Source of the DNA: Octopus sinensis
Taxonomy: Eukaryota
Direction of reading: 5' to 3'
DNA: 64,000 nucleotides
Assembly (NCBI RefSeq): GCF_006345805.1
Contig: NC_043000.1
Coordinates: 37,944,001-38,008,000, forward strand
A model generated the notes under the pieces. It made no database searches and was not told the DNA's origin. It was given only the letters and a program-made list of their open reading frames with translations. Position numbers and translations under genes: made by a program. Shown one piece after another: positions 52,261-64,000 of this stretch (position 1 is its first letter; the number at the start of each line of letters is the position of its first letter).

Positions 52261-54064
52261 GCTGGTCCCGTGCCGTCAAAATTAGCAGCTAATTGTAGCA
52301 TTTTATGTATGAATATGGATGGTAAATCAAATTAATACACTTCTCAATGTTATCTAGTGGTTGTCTTTTGAGATGTGACATCGATCATCGTTTGTTACTG
52401 AAAGAACGCTGATTCACACATACAAATATTCACATACTTCCCTTATACACGCATGCACACATACTCACAGAGTTGAAACGCTGTTGGATTTTTTTCTTTT
52501 CATCATTGAATGTTCAACACTCCACTTCCATTGCACACACACACACACACACACACACAAAGAGTCACATACCTCCTTTTACATACACACACATATACTC
52601 ACACTCAGCGTTGAATGTTCACCATCCCACTTCAATTGCACACACACACAAACACACACACATACACACATTCACATACCTCCTTTTACATAGGCACACA
52701 TATTCTCACACAGTGTTGAAACGCTCCCACTACCAGTTTGCCATCACCCTTTCCTTCCTTATTCATCTATCACCCCGTTCTGCCTCATTCATATGTTGTG
52801 ACGGAGAAAAACACAAGAGTATTTTTATAGTAGATTTAAAAGGCAGCGAGCTGGCAGACACGTTAGCACGCCGGGCTAAATGCTTAGCAGTATTCCGTCT
52901 GCCGCTATGTTCTGAGTTCAATGCCGCTAAGCATTCTGAAGATTCCATGGACATGTGTACTTGCCATGAAATTCTCTGGTAAGATCAGCGTAGCTCAGTG
53001 TGACAACACTGGACCGCCATCGTCATCGTCATCGTTGTTCTCGTCGTGGGGATCATCATCGCCATTGTTTTCTTTGCCGCCGTCCTCGCTATCGTCATCG
53101 TCGTCGTCGCCGCCATCACTATCATAATCATCAACATCATTATTGTTGTTGTCGCTTCCGTCTACCAGTTTCATTCGCAAGCCTTGGGTCGACTCCAGGC
53201 TTCGGTAGAGAGACTTGGTCGTGATTCTGAGAAGCGGGATTGAACTTCTGAACCACTCTGCCATGCCTGTGTGCATAGCTATGGTACATGGTGGCATATA
53301 AGATGCGCGAGCGCATTAGACGCACCTCAATATCAGCAGAGAGCATTTAAGGACGGCAGAAGATTTTCAGTGTATTAAAGCTTATGGGAAACCTACCTTC
53401 ATACCAAGAACCCAGAGTGATTCTTTGAGAGACATTTTGAGGAAAATGTGCATTTTATTTGCCATCGATTACGGTAGCTCCTTCCACTAAACATTCTGTT
53501 TCTCAGAAGGAACGAGTTCTTCGCATTACTAAATAGAATATACAAAGTGCGGTCACAAGTACTTTTTAAAAGGATTTTCTAGAAACATCGTTGTTCCTTT
53601 ATTTTTAAACCCTACTTCTTTGCTTTTTGCTTTTTTTTTATTCTCTTTCTCTGTAACTGATGTTAATCCCTGTAGCGAATTGCGAATACAATGGCGTTTA
53701 TAAACGTCTGTGGCATTCGTATTACTTTTGCAAACAATGACTTCACGTAAGAGCAAAAAGATAACCGCCGCCACCCTCCACCCCCTTGTATTGAAAAGAA
53801 GCAGAAAATGGTAACTTGTGACATATGTTTGTTCCATTAAAGTAATTATTTTTTATTGCAATTTAAAAATTTATTGCTGAATTCATTTGACCAGAGAATC
53901 TAGTTCACATTACGACGTCAAAAAAGGACCAATGAAACGCCAGGTTCCACCTCTACATTATGTTCAACAATGTTCCACTATGTTCCACTGAATTAACTTA
54001 TCCCGTGCCCAGATTTTCGTAGTTCTTTGTGTCAAATTTAGACGCTATTATAATCAATATCATT

Positions 54065-54102
<38 letters not shown>

Positions 54103-55909
54103 TATCGTCTTCGTCTTCTTTTTCTTCTTCTCTTCCTCCCCTTCTCTCTCCTCCTCCTCACCATCATCATCATCACCAACATCATCTTCACTACCATCAT
54201 CGACAATACTGGGTTGTAGTCGTCGTCACAGGTCTTGTCGTCGCCGTCGTCGTCATCATGTTCATCGTTATCATTGTTTTCGCCATCGTCGTCATGGCGT
54301 TCATTATAACCCCCAAATACTAAGTATTGAACCAGTATTTCCTTGGATGAAACCATCCTTTCATGATTTTAACAGAACCTCAAATTGAATACATATATAT
54401 ATATATATATATATACTCCGGTATATATATATATATATATATACCGGAGTAAACACATAAATGTGAAACAAGGTCGAAAAAAGAGTATTCAAATACCAGA
54501 GGTAGAGTAATATGCTTTATTTAAAAGTAGCAGAAATATAACAAAAGCTAAGTAACAGCTTTTGTTATACTTCTGCTGCTTTTAAATAAAGTATATATAT
54601 ACACACATAAAATTATTAAGGTGGCTTATTCGAAAACCAAACAGTACAAGTATAGACGTCATTAAGATGATTAAGGGTGCACTCCCAACAGCATATGTAT
54701 ATGTGTGCGCGCGCGCGTGTGTATTTGTGCGTTGTGTTATAATTAGTTAGTTTCCCTAAAATTTTGAGTTCTAATTCCGTCGCTACTTACTATCCGTCTG
54801 GATTCGACAAAATAACGTACCAGTCACGTAATGCGGCCAATAAAATTGACTGACCATTCTTCCAAAATGTCAGGTCGTGCGTCTATATAAAACCAAAACA
54901 TAAATAGTTTCTAATTTAGGTCCAAAGCCAAACATTTTGAGGAGAAGGGCCTTCGTTGATAGCGTTAACCCCAATATTTTCGTGAAAATTTCATCTTGGC
55001 AGGATTTCTACTCAGAACTAAAAGACCAGCAAAGAATATTGAAAAATACTTCTGTCAAACGCTCTGTCAGCTCGTTGCCCTAGAAAAAAAAAAAAAAATT
55101 ATCATTATCATGCTTATCGTTATTTTTATTCCTTCGCAACACCTTTAGTCATCTATCAAGTCACAACAAGGACCTCATACAAATAATACCTTCCTCATGA
55201 TGTGTGCGGCATGATCTCATATCAAGATAAATAGCGTATGACCTTGCTGGTGGGGCCCAGTTAGAATTTTCTTTGGGTCGTGTAGCCCATCCCGCTCAAA
55301 AGGTCCCTGAGCAAGATTTGTTTAAGGGTGATGGACGAAACACCCATGTTTCCAGGGGTGAATTATTCAAACTCCAAAGAATCCCTCTCAACACATGGCT
55401 ATGTTGCTCCCCCACTACTTCTGCTCGTGATCAGAGATGCACATATCGTTAACCACAAAGGGTCATGGTCAACTGGTTAAGGTCAAGCAACTGACAAGTA
55501 AATCTGTGGTATTGAGCAGAATATTTGCTGTAGCCCATCTTTTATACCAAGACAAAACAATGTACATGATAACACTTCCACTTAATTAAGTCATGAGAGC
55601 CAGTGCCTGGTCTTACATCAGGGCATTTATTATTATTATTATCATTATTGTAGTTGTTGTTGCTGCTGCTGTTGCCTTCTGATAATTGTTCTAATATTTT
55701 AGGTACTGAATTCGTACCTCTACAACGCCAGCTTCGCGTTTTGTCCCCTCACCCTGGGAATCGGTAATATTAACTACCAGTCAAGAACTGGAATCGATGT
55801 AATCGAATATCTCCGGATATCTAAATCTGCAGGTTTAGAGACAAAAAATTGAAATCATTGTTTTTTCTTGAGTTCCTGGTTCTCATAATATTAGTTACAT
55901 GCTTTTTTT

Positions 55910-56120
55910 AAAGACGGCGAGCTGGCAGAAACGTTAGCACGCCGGGCGAAATGCTTAGCGGTATTTCGTCTTTCTTTACGTTCTGAGTTCAAATTCCGCC
56001 GAGGTCGACTTTGAATTTCCTCCTTTCGGATGTTTAGATTTCTTTTCTGTACTGGGGTCGATCGATTCGACTAGCCCCCCCCCACTGAAATTTCGGGCGT
56101 TGTGCCTAGAGTAGAAAAAA
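55910..56120 (+). mobile_element. SINE family B
   Basis: Homologous to other family B copies. Confidence 0.88.
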
Positions 56121-56254
56121 ATATTATTACATGGTTTCCATGGCGTTTAAGGGACCGGGACCACAAGATTTCTCTGAACGAGAAAGCAGGTATTATTTCG
56201 CTAACTTGGTGATATTGATCTTCGTGTCTATCTTTATAATGTCTGTAATCTTTT

Positions 56255-56680
56255 GCCGTTTACTTGTTTCACTCATTGGGCTGTGGCCATGCTGGGGCAC
56301 TTCCTTGAGACGTTTAGTCAAACAAGTCGATCCCAGTACTTATTTTAAAGCCTGGTACTAATTCTACCGGCCCATTTTGCCAAACAGCTTATTTACGAGG
56401 ATTTAAGCGAACTGAAACCGATTATTGAGCGGAGACGGGACAGACATAATAAAAACTCAAAGACACACATACATGCAAAGATGCAAATGCACACACACAC
56501 ATATACATACGCATACAGGCATATATGTATACGATGAACTTCTTTCAGTTTGCATCTACTAAATTCACTCACGAGGCTTTGTTCGGCTTGGAGTTATAGT
56601 AGAAGACACCTGCCCAAGGTGCCACGCAGTGGGACTAAACTAAAGGTCACATGTTTGAGAAGCATTTTTCTCAACCGCAC
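56255..56680 (-). mobile_element. SINE family A
   Basis: Homologous to other family A copies. Confidence 0.82.
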
Positions 56681-57369
56681 TGACAAGTTTTTTCCATAAA
56701 AATCTTGTTCAATCTGCAGAAAGGAAACCCAGTACAATTTATGTGGCCTTTAGAATGAAATCATGTACTTTAGAAATAAATCATGTTAAAAACTATAGCA
56801 ATCATAACATTGCTTTAGTTTATAACTTTTGTAATGCATTAAACGATGCCCTTCTAAACATTCGCTATGTACAACAGAAGTAGATCAAAATAGCAAGCTA
56901 TCTATCATGCTCGATTCAAACACATCGCAGAAAGTCAAATTAACTGCAATATTTCTCCTGGGATAATCTCTCCGATGGACGAACTCAGCTAAATAACACA
57001 AAATACATCAGTAGCAGGTGAAAAACGTCCAGTAGCGATGTCGGGAATGTTTTGCACATTTCTACCTCCTCATGCATCGTCAGCAGCATGTATTCTCTGG
57101 CAACCGCTTGACCGCCACCACTGCTGGATGATTTTCCTCTGCTGCTGATACATTGTTGTGTTACAAGTACAACATCGATTTTACGGAACCTTTAGTTCCA
57201 GATCCTTTCCCTATTACTGCTTCTTTCTGAAGTAGGGCTGATCACTTTTGTTAACACACTCTAAATTAAACATATATCAAGTGTTTTTTTATCATCTTTT
57301 TTCTTTTACTGATCTCAGTCAGAGGTTGCAACCATGCTGGAGCACCGGCTTTCAGTGTGTTTGGGTTTC

Positions 57370-57780
57370 TTTTCTGCACTGTTTTTGTTGAAGTAGCCAA
57401 TTGGACGGAGTTGCTCTTCTTGGTACCTCCAGCCATGATGCAGAATCATCTGGTAACCCAGATAAAAATTTGCTCGGACGCATTTTGAAGACCTCCACCT
57501 CTACGCCTTGCAAATTTCTGAGGTTGTTTGGCAGAATATTGAATAGTTTTGGACCCTTGAAATCAGAGCTGTTTCAGTTACTAGGTCTTTAATCTGGATG
57601 GAGAAAATGGCATCTCTGGTATTCTGTGGGGCTGTCCAGTTCAGTGGGTGATATAGCTTTCAGTTCCGAAGTTGGGAGCTAGACCTTCCAGGATCTTCCA
57701 TATGTATATTGTTGCATGTATTTCACGCCTTATGTCTATGGAGTAGAGTTTCAGTCCCATTAGATTCATAGATTTCTAAT
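57370..57780 (-). mobile_element. CR1-like LINE 3' end, decayed
   Basis: LKLYSI..RRE..TIYIWKILEGLAPNFG, followed by a degenerate GP.LFN.LP..LRNL segment. Confidence 0.75.
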
Positions 57781-58279
57781 GACTTGTTAATTACGAGTTA
57801 ATTACAAACAGACTTTAACACTATCATTTCAAACATGAGCAATTTAAAAATACTTTCTCCTACTTACTTTATCGACTCTCAGTTATATCCTGTAGGATAC
57901 GAAAGGCTTCAGCGATAACATAACGAAGTATTACTATAAGAGTAACCAGCAGTCATTGATTTCTATAAAAGAAGTGGCAAGTGGGTATGATTGATTACTG
58001 GCAATTTACAGAATGGGCAGGAAGCAGGGTCCATGTGAAATTTATCTTCAAGGCTCTTAGCTTCCAGTTTTATCTATGCTTCTAATAAAACGACACATGT
58101 GATAACAGTGGAGAAGAAGTGTCTCCAATGTAACTTAATAAAGAAAATTAATATTGGAAATGGGATGTCAAGATGATGAATGACTGGATTTGAAATAAAA
58201 CTCTGGATACAAAGTGTTCAGTGAGATGTTTAACGTATTTTGCGATTTAAAGCAAAAAATGGGCAGATTGAATTGTTTT

Positions 58280-58675
58280 ATCCTTATTTGTTTCAATCAT
58301 TAGACTGTGACCATGCTAGAGCACTGCCTTGATGGATTTTTCTCGAATGAATCGACCCCAGGAATTATTTTTTAAAAGCTGGTACTTATTTTATCTGTCT
58401 TTTTTGTCGAACCGCTAATGTTACGGGAATCTAAACAAATCAACACTAGTTGGGAGACAAAACACCACACACAGACGCACGCCCATGCACACACACACAT
58501 ACACACACACATGACGGGCTTCTTTTAGTTTCCATCTGCCAAATCCACAACGCTTTGGTTGGCCCTAGGCTATAGTAGGAGACATCCATCCAAGGTGCCG
58601 CGCAATAGGACTGACCCCAGAAACATGTGGTTAGGAAGCAAGCTTCTTACGCCACACAGCCACCCCTGCGTCTAT
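58280..58675 (-). mobile_element. SINE family A
   Basis: Homologous to other family A copies. Confidence 0.82.
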
Positions 58676-58829
58676 ATAGTCGTTTGTGTTTTTTCCTGAA
58701 GTGAAAAGTCTCTTTATCTTTCTGGTCAATGAATTGACAAAACTAATGACACAACTATAATGAGTAACTCGTGATTATTGTAATAATGTACAGAGATACA
58801 TTATTAAATAATACGCACACGTGGCGACC

Positions 58830-58960
58830 AGTTAGCAAAGAGGCTGGAATGACGGACAGGATCCTTTGCGGTAATCGGTTTCGCGCTCTGGGTTCAAATT
58901 TCACCGACGTCAACTTGGTATTTTTCTCTTTGAGGATCGACAAATAAAGTACCACTTCAA
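58830..58960 (+). mobile_element. SINE family B, decayed
   Basis: ggcgaccagttagcaa..gggttcaaatttcaccgacgtcaact. Confidence 0.6.
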
Positions 58961-59204
58961 ATTAAGAATATTTACATACTGAACTCAAATCTTAGTGAGG
59001 TCAGATTGACTTTCCATTCCTCCGGAGTTTATAAAATAACCTACTAGCCAAGAAGGCAGTGGAGACCAGAAGACCCCCACTCTTCAACATTATCAGACAC
59101 GGTTCCGGAGACATATTATCGGTTGTAGCGCCAAGAATAGATGCAAAATTCACTTCGCCTTAAGTTCTAGAAACAAAACCGTGCCTAAGCCCCTCCACGA
59201 GCTG

Positions 59205-59480
59205 CACCTATTTTCTTCTTCTTCTTCTTCCCATTCCTTTTCTTCCTTCTTTCTTTCGTCTTCCTCTCCCCCTTCTTTCTTTCCTTCTTTCTTTCTTTCT
59301 TTCTTTCTATCTTTCTTTCTTCTTCTTCTTCTTCTTCTTCTTCTTCTTCTTCCCATTCCTTTTCTTCCTTCTTTCTTTCGTCTTCCTCTCCCCCTTCTTT
59401 CTTTCCTTCTTTCTTTCTTTCTTTCTTTCTATCTTTCTTTCTTCTTCTTCTTCTTCTCTTCTTCTTCTTCTTCTTCTTCT
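59205..59480. repeat. CT-rich low-complexity tract made of two ~125-bp tandem units
   Basis: cccattccttttcttccttctttctttcgtcttcctctcccc occurs twice. Confidence 0.9.
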
Positions 59481-59784
59481 TCTTCCTCTGCTGCTGCTGC
59501 TGCTGTCGATGACGACGATAAGTTGGAAAACGAGAGAGAAGAGCAAACTACCAGAGTGAGTGTCATCTGAAAAAAAAAAAAAAAGAAGCCATTCAACGAG
59601 AAAAATTAACTTAAGAAGAAATCCGCTAGAAACATACACTTGTTGGTCCTCGCGGATGCTCCTGTAGTTTTTACAGTGTTTCATAAAGAAAACAAATACC
59701 TAACGGACGATCTCCATGATTTAGATGAACAAGACAGTGTGAAAACAGTGTGATGCGGTTATCCTTTTGTTGCTAAAATTTTAC

Positions 59785-59960
59785 TTGTTTCACTTTTTGA
59801 ACTGCGGTCATGCTGGAGCACCACTTTGAAAGCTTTAGCCGGAGAAATCGATCCCAGCAATTATTTTTTAAAGTCTGGTCAGTTACGAGGGCGTAAGTAA
59901 GCCAACTGCCGTAGTCAAGTGGTGTGTGATACAACGTGCTTCCACACAGTTTCCGCCTTG
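59785..59960 (-). mobile_element. SINE family A, partial and decayed
   Basis: ttttacttgtttca..actgcggtcatgctggagcacc tail. Confidence 0.7.
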
Positions 59961-61303
59961 CAAATTAACTCAGGGTTATATCAAGACAGATTTGTCTACT
60001 AGAGAGCAACTAAAGGTCCACATAATCTGCTAGAACTAGCAGCCAGTTTTCCTTCATGTCACACCTTGTCGTATTGTTTTAAAACGGCAGGAAATTATGG
60101 AGAAAATTACTTATTGGTCGTGAATGGAATATCTTTGATCTTAAGTCACGTCATTCAGGGACCCACCACTGAATAAAGACTAATAACAAAACAACATTGA
60201 GCCCTAAACGTTCACTTAACTTTAAAGCAACAAGACACGATCTCACTTTTCTAAACTTTCAAATCCGCCATATTACCGTCTATATTCTTGTTTCTTTTAA
60301 ACATTCAAAATTTCTACGAAAGAAAGAAATGTTAATTGTGGGGAAAAACTGACGTAGTTTTACTTAATTACATAAGAAATATTTTATTACTTTACTAATT
60401 TCAGACGTGATTGAGATTTAAATAGCAACAATGGTTCTGTATTCATTAGTAAATGCTTTACTTCCTCGACACAGCCTCTTTATATACAATATCTCTCTCT
60501 ATTTGTTAATCGGACATTTTGTTTTTATGTGGACACTTAAATGTGAAAGAAGAAGAGACAGGCATAAACGGAGAAAGAGAGAAAATGAGAAGGGAAAGGC
60601 GAAAGCGAAGTCGGAGAAGCGGAAGCAAGCAAAAAGTTCTTTTTTTTTTTTTTAGTAAAAGGTGTATTTGAATGCTAAAAACGTAGATGGTTGGACAACT
60701 TAATATTCATCAGTTTTAATCTCCCGCAGGTTTATTTACAATGTATTCTGCCTGATTGTCGAAGTTTTTTCCATAATCGTTCCATTTCACAAACGCAGAC
60801 GACTAAGACCATCTCCAATTTAACTTAATGTCTTATGTTTCACCTGACCAATTCTCTGAACGTTGGAACGACCAGTGAAAGACAGACGATGTCACACTAG
60901 AAAGAAAAGAAAGGAAGATGGAAGAGACAGAGAGTGAACGGGAGACATACATATTGATAATTATACATATATCCATAGAGACATATATATATACATACGC
61001 GAAAACACATATATGTGCCTATGTAAATATATGTGTCTACATGTCTGTTTGTATGTATGTATAGATATATATACAATAGTTATAGGCATATATAACAATA
61101 TATGCCAACATATGAAAGTGTATGCGTGTGCGCGTGTATGCGTGTGTGCGTGTATGCTTGAATATATATATATGTATGTATATATATATATTCATATATA
61201 TATATATATATATATTTATAGATAGATAGAGATAAAGACATAGAGAAACACTGACAGAGAGATAGACAGGCTGACAGACTGACAGAGAGATAGATAGAGA
61301 TAA

Positions 61304-61341
<38 letters not shown>

Positions 61342-61391
61342 ACAGACAGATAGACAGACAGATAGATAGATAGACAGACAGACACACAATC

Positions 61392-61432
<41 letters not shown>

Positions 61433-64000
61433 TGCAGACAGTGGAGAAAAGAAAAAAATGTAATAGAATAGACAAAAGGCCGTTGTTTCTTGCTAAATTC
61501 TATCGCCTCTCAGCATGTTTTACTGTTAACAATGTTCCGTACGGTTCAGTGAATGTTGGAAAATTGACACTGAACAAGTTAGTGTTCGTTACCGCAGCTT
61601 CCGTGATAGTTACAGTTCCGTCAAAGAAAAATGGAAATTGCGAAACAAAAATAAATGAAATATGATAATAAGAGCAAAAGGAAGTCTGGAGATTTGGAGA
61701 ATCAAAGAACCTACATAAATATAGAAAGAAAGAAAGGAAGAATCGAAAACATAGTTGAATTCAATTGTAAAAAGTTTAGGGTAAATTGTAATTTCTCATC
61801 TTTAGAACTGTTTGTCATGCTAGTCACTTAACAGCACTGATTTCTTTAGCAATTTCTTGTTTAGTTTTGTTTGTTTATTTGCCCTTTTATTTTGTTATTT
61901 TATTTTATTACTATCTTTTGTTATAACGTGTTTTGCTTTCTTTTATCTTTTTCCGGAGGCTGTTGGACTCAGGAGAGCGGTTCAAACAAATGTTAGCTTC
62001 ATTTATTAGTAATCTACAAGATGTTTGGTGCGGAATGCCAAAAGATTCTCACTTGCACACAAACAAGAAATAGGCGAAAGAGAGAATAAAGTGAGTTAAA
62101 AAGTGTGTTAGAGGGGGAAAGGAAAGAAAAGAGACATCAACTTTGTACATATGTGGGGCTGTATCTCACGAGATGTACTTCCAGGCTTTGTCAGCAAATT
62201 TCGTTAGCTGAATAAACGACTTTTGGAGATGATCGAGTTTAGAAGTCAAAGATTTTAGTTTCAGTGGCGTACTTCTAATAAAACAGATTTCTAACGTTTC
62301 TATTTACATTAATGTTGAATATTGCTTCCTATGGAGTTCAATATTTATGAATATTGCTTCCAGTTCAATATTTATGGAATACTTATTAGTTTTAAGTTAT
62401 CAGATTTATAGAAAAAGAGAAATAAGATGTGACGTTCACACTTCTACTGAGGAGGGGTGGGAATATGATGGCAATTATAAAGAAGATCTGTTTTGCTCGG
62501 TATTGAAACCGTGAACGGGTTAATCGTTTCATTGGCAGTTTATATTTTACTTGAATTAGGGCAACACATCAGCCCCTGTCAACTATCACTCTATCTCGTT
62601 GTCTATTTTCTTGTTACACATTCAAAGGGTCACGAAGCAGATGAGCTTCAAGTCATGCACTAACCATCTGGTTTATGGACCGCATGTATCCTCTTCGCTA
62701 CTAACGTGACTTCTGCTCCCCGATGTAAGTTAGTCCCGAACCACTCCCTCTGAAGAACATTATGTTCACTCGTCTTTTCCCTTGTCATCACCGAAACTGT
62801 GCCCAGCTTCCACTTTCTATACTAACGGCCATACACAGAACTACGTCCACAAAATAACAGTCCTTTAAAATCTCCTTCAGTATATTTTCACCTTTTAGTA
62901 TCGTTTTGCCATTGTTTAATGGGACTGCTAACCTCGCAGATCTCACTTTCCTTGTAAAACCTACGAAGGCCAAATGAAACCAATTAAATCAAATACACAA
63001 AAGAAAACGTTTCCCGACACGATAGTTATACTAACTCAAAATCTTGGCTTATTTTACTATAATACCGAAGTCCATACTTCTCAAAATATTTTGGCTTTAG
63101 AGCCTACACATCTCGACTCATTCAATAAATTCACTTTATCAGATTCTGCCATATCCACCGGGACTCATCACACACTGAAATAAAGACTTTGTTCTCTGTG
63201 TATTTTCCAGAAATGTATATCTTTGAATTTTTTATAATTTTCTTTCAACAAGTACGCCATATTTTAAACAGAATATTAATCCATCTAGCCAACCATGGTT
63301 TATATTATTCAGATCAATAACAGCATGAACAGAGCATGCGCAATGACCTTTCAATGACATTTCATAGAAATAACTGAAAGTTCCAGGTTCGGTCAGTAAG
63401 TTCGATGAAATCGAATATCAATATTAACAACCGCTTCTAAACACTGATTGTAAATGTAACTAATGTTTATTGCGTAAAATAGTCTTTAGTTATTGCTTGT
63501 TATTTTTCTATTTACGCTTGTTTACATCTATAAAGGAATAATAAATCCGGGAAAACAGCCGCATTCTCGGTACATTCTGTTATTGGTGCACGAGCGACTG
63601 TAACTTCTCTGAGAGAATGTCTATAACTCTATAAACTACATTGTTTTGGTGAGGAGCCTAATGTCCTTCCGTGAGGTATAGGAACACCGGTGTGCGCGTG
63701 GGCGTACGTATGTGTGTATGTATGTGCGCGTGTGTGTATGTGTGTGTATGTATATGCGTATGTATGTGTGTATGTATGCATACATGTAGGTATATATATT
63801 GAAACAGACTTTTGTCAGAATAGACGACACAGTGTCTTTGAAGTTAAGTACGCTGCATAATATATATATGCGTGAGTGCATAGGGGCATGTCCGTATATG
63901 AACGTGGTTTTTATGCTTTGTACTTCCTTATGTTTTTTTCTGTTACCTTAACCATGGTTTTTCTTGCGCTTGTGCGTATATACGTATGTATGAACTTTTA

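Noticed and set aside
52506-52720. ~105-bp direct repeats separated by CA tracts (CRISPR-like spacing at a glance)
   Set aside because: A two-unit local tandem duplication in a eukaryotic context; no spacers or cas genes.
53676-53746. Candidate + strand exon (polypyrimidine tract, tgtag|, ATG in good context MAFINVCGIRITF, |gtaaga)
   Set aside because: Only 71 nt, no recognisable protein and no partner exons; such signals occur by chance in 64 kb.
55140-55620. Complex segment that looks like an interspersed repeat, containing ggacgaaac
   Set aside because: Single copy in this window with no CUGANGA in register; cannot be classified from the sequence alone.

Overview
This is a 64-kb eukaryotic, repeat-saturated, apparently non-genic or intronic region. 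The SINE families and dense (TA)n/(CA)n/(TACA)n/(AAT)n microsatellites point to an octopod cephalopod genome (inference). No host protein-coding exon can be supported, and nearly all ORF-track entries are microsatellite artefacts. The window holds decayed mobile DNA: a Ty3/Gypsy provirus, RTE, R4/Dong-like, CR1-like and Penelope-like retroelement fragments, four Tc1/mariner relics, non-autonomous Helitrons, MITEs and more than 25 tRNA-derived SINE copies, plus a 100-N gap. The main unexplained signal is RNA structure. At least six near-complete type I hammerhead ribozyme (HHR) motifs lie on the + strand (16349, 26789, 33423, 43022, 48507, 50174), with about ten decayed ones elsewhere. Three of the six sit at the same position in a ~0.5-kb non-coding repeat family whose helices covary between copies, and one copy is terminally redundant. 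This suggests a retrozyme-like or Penelope-dependent self-cleaving (possibly circular) RNA element. All pairings were assigned by eye; no folding, alignment or database search was run.
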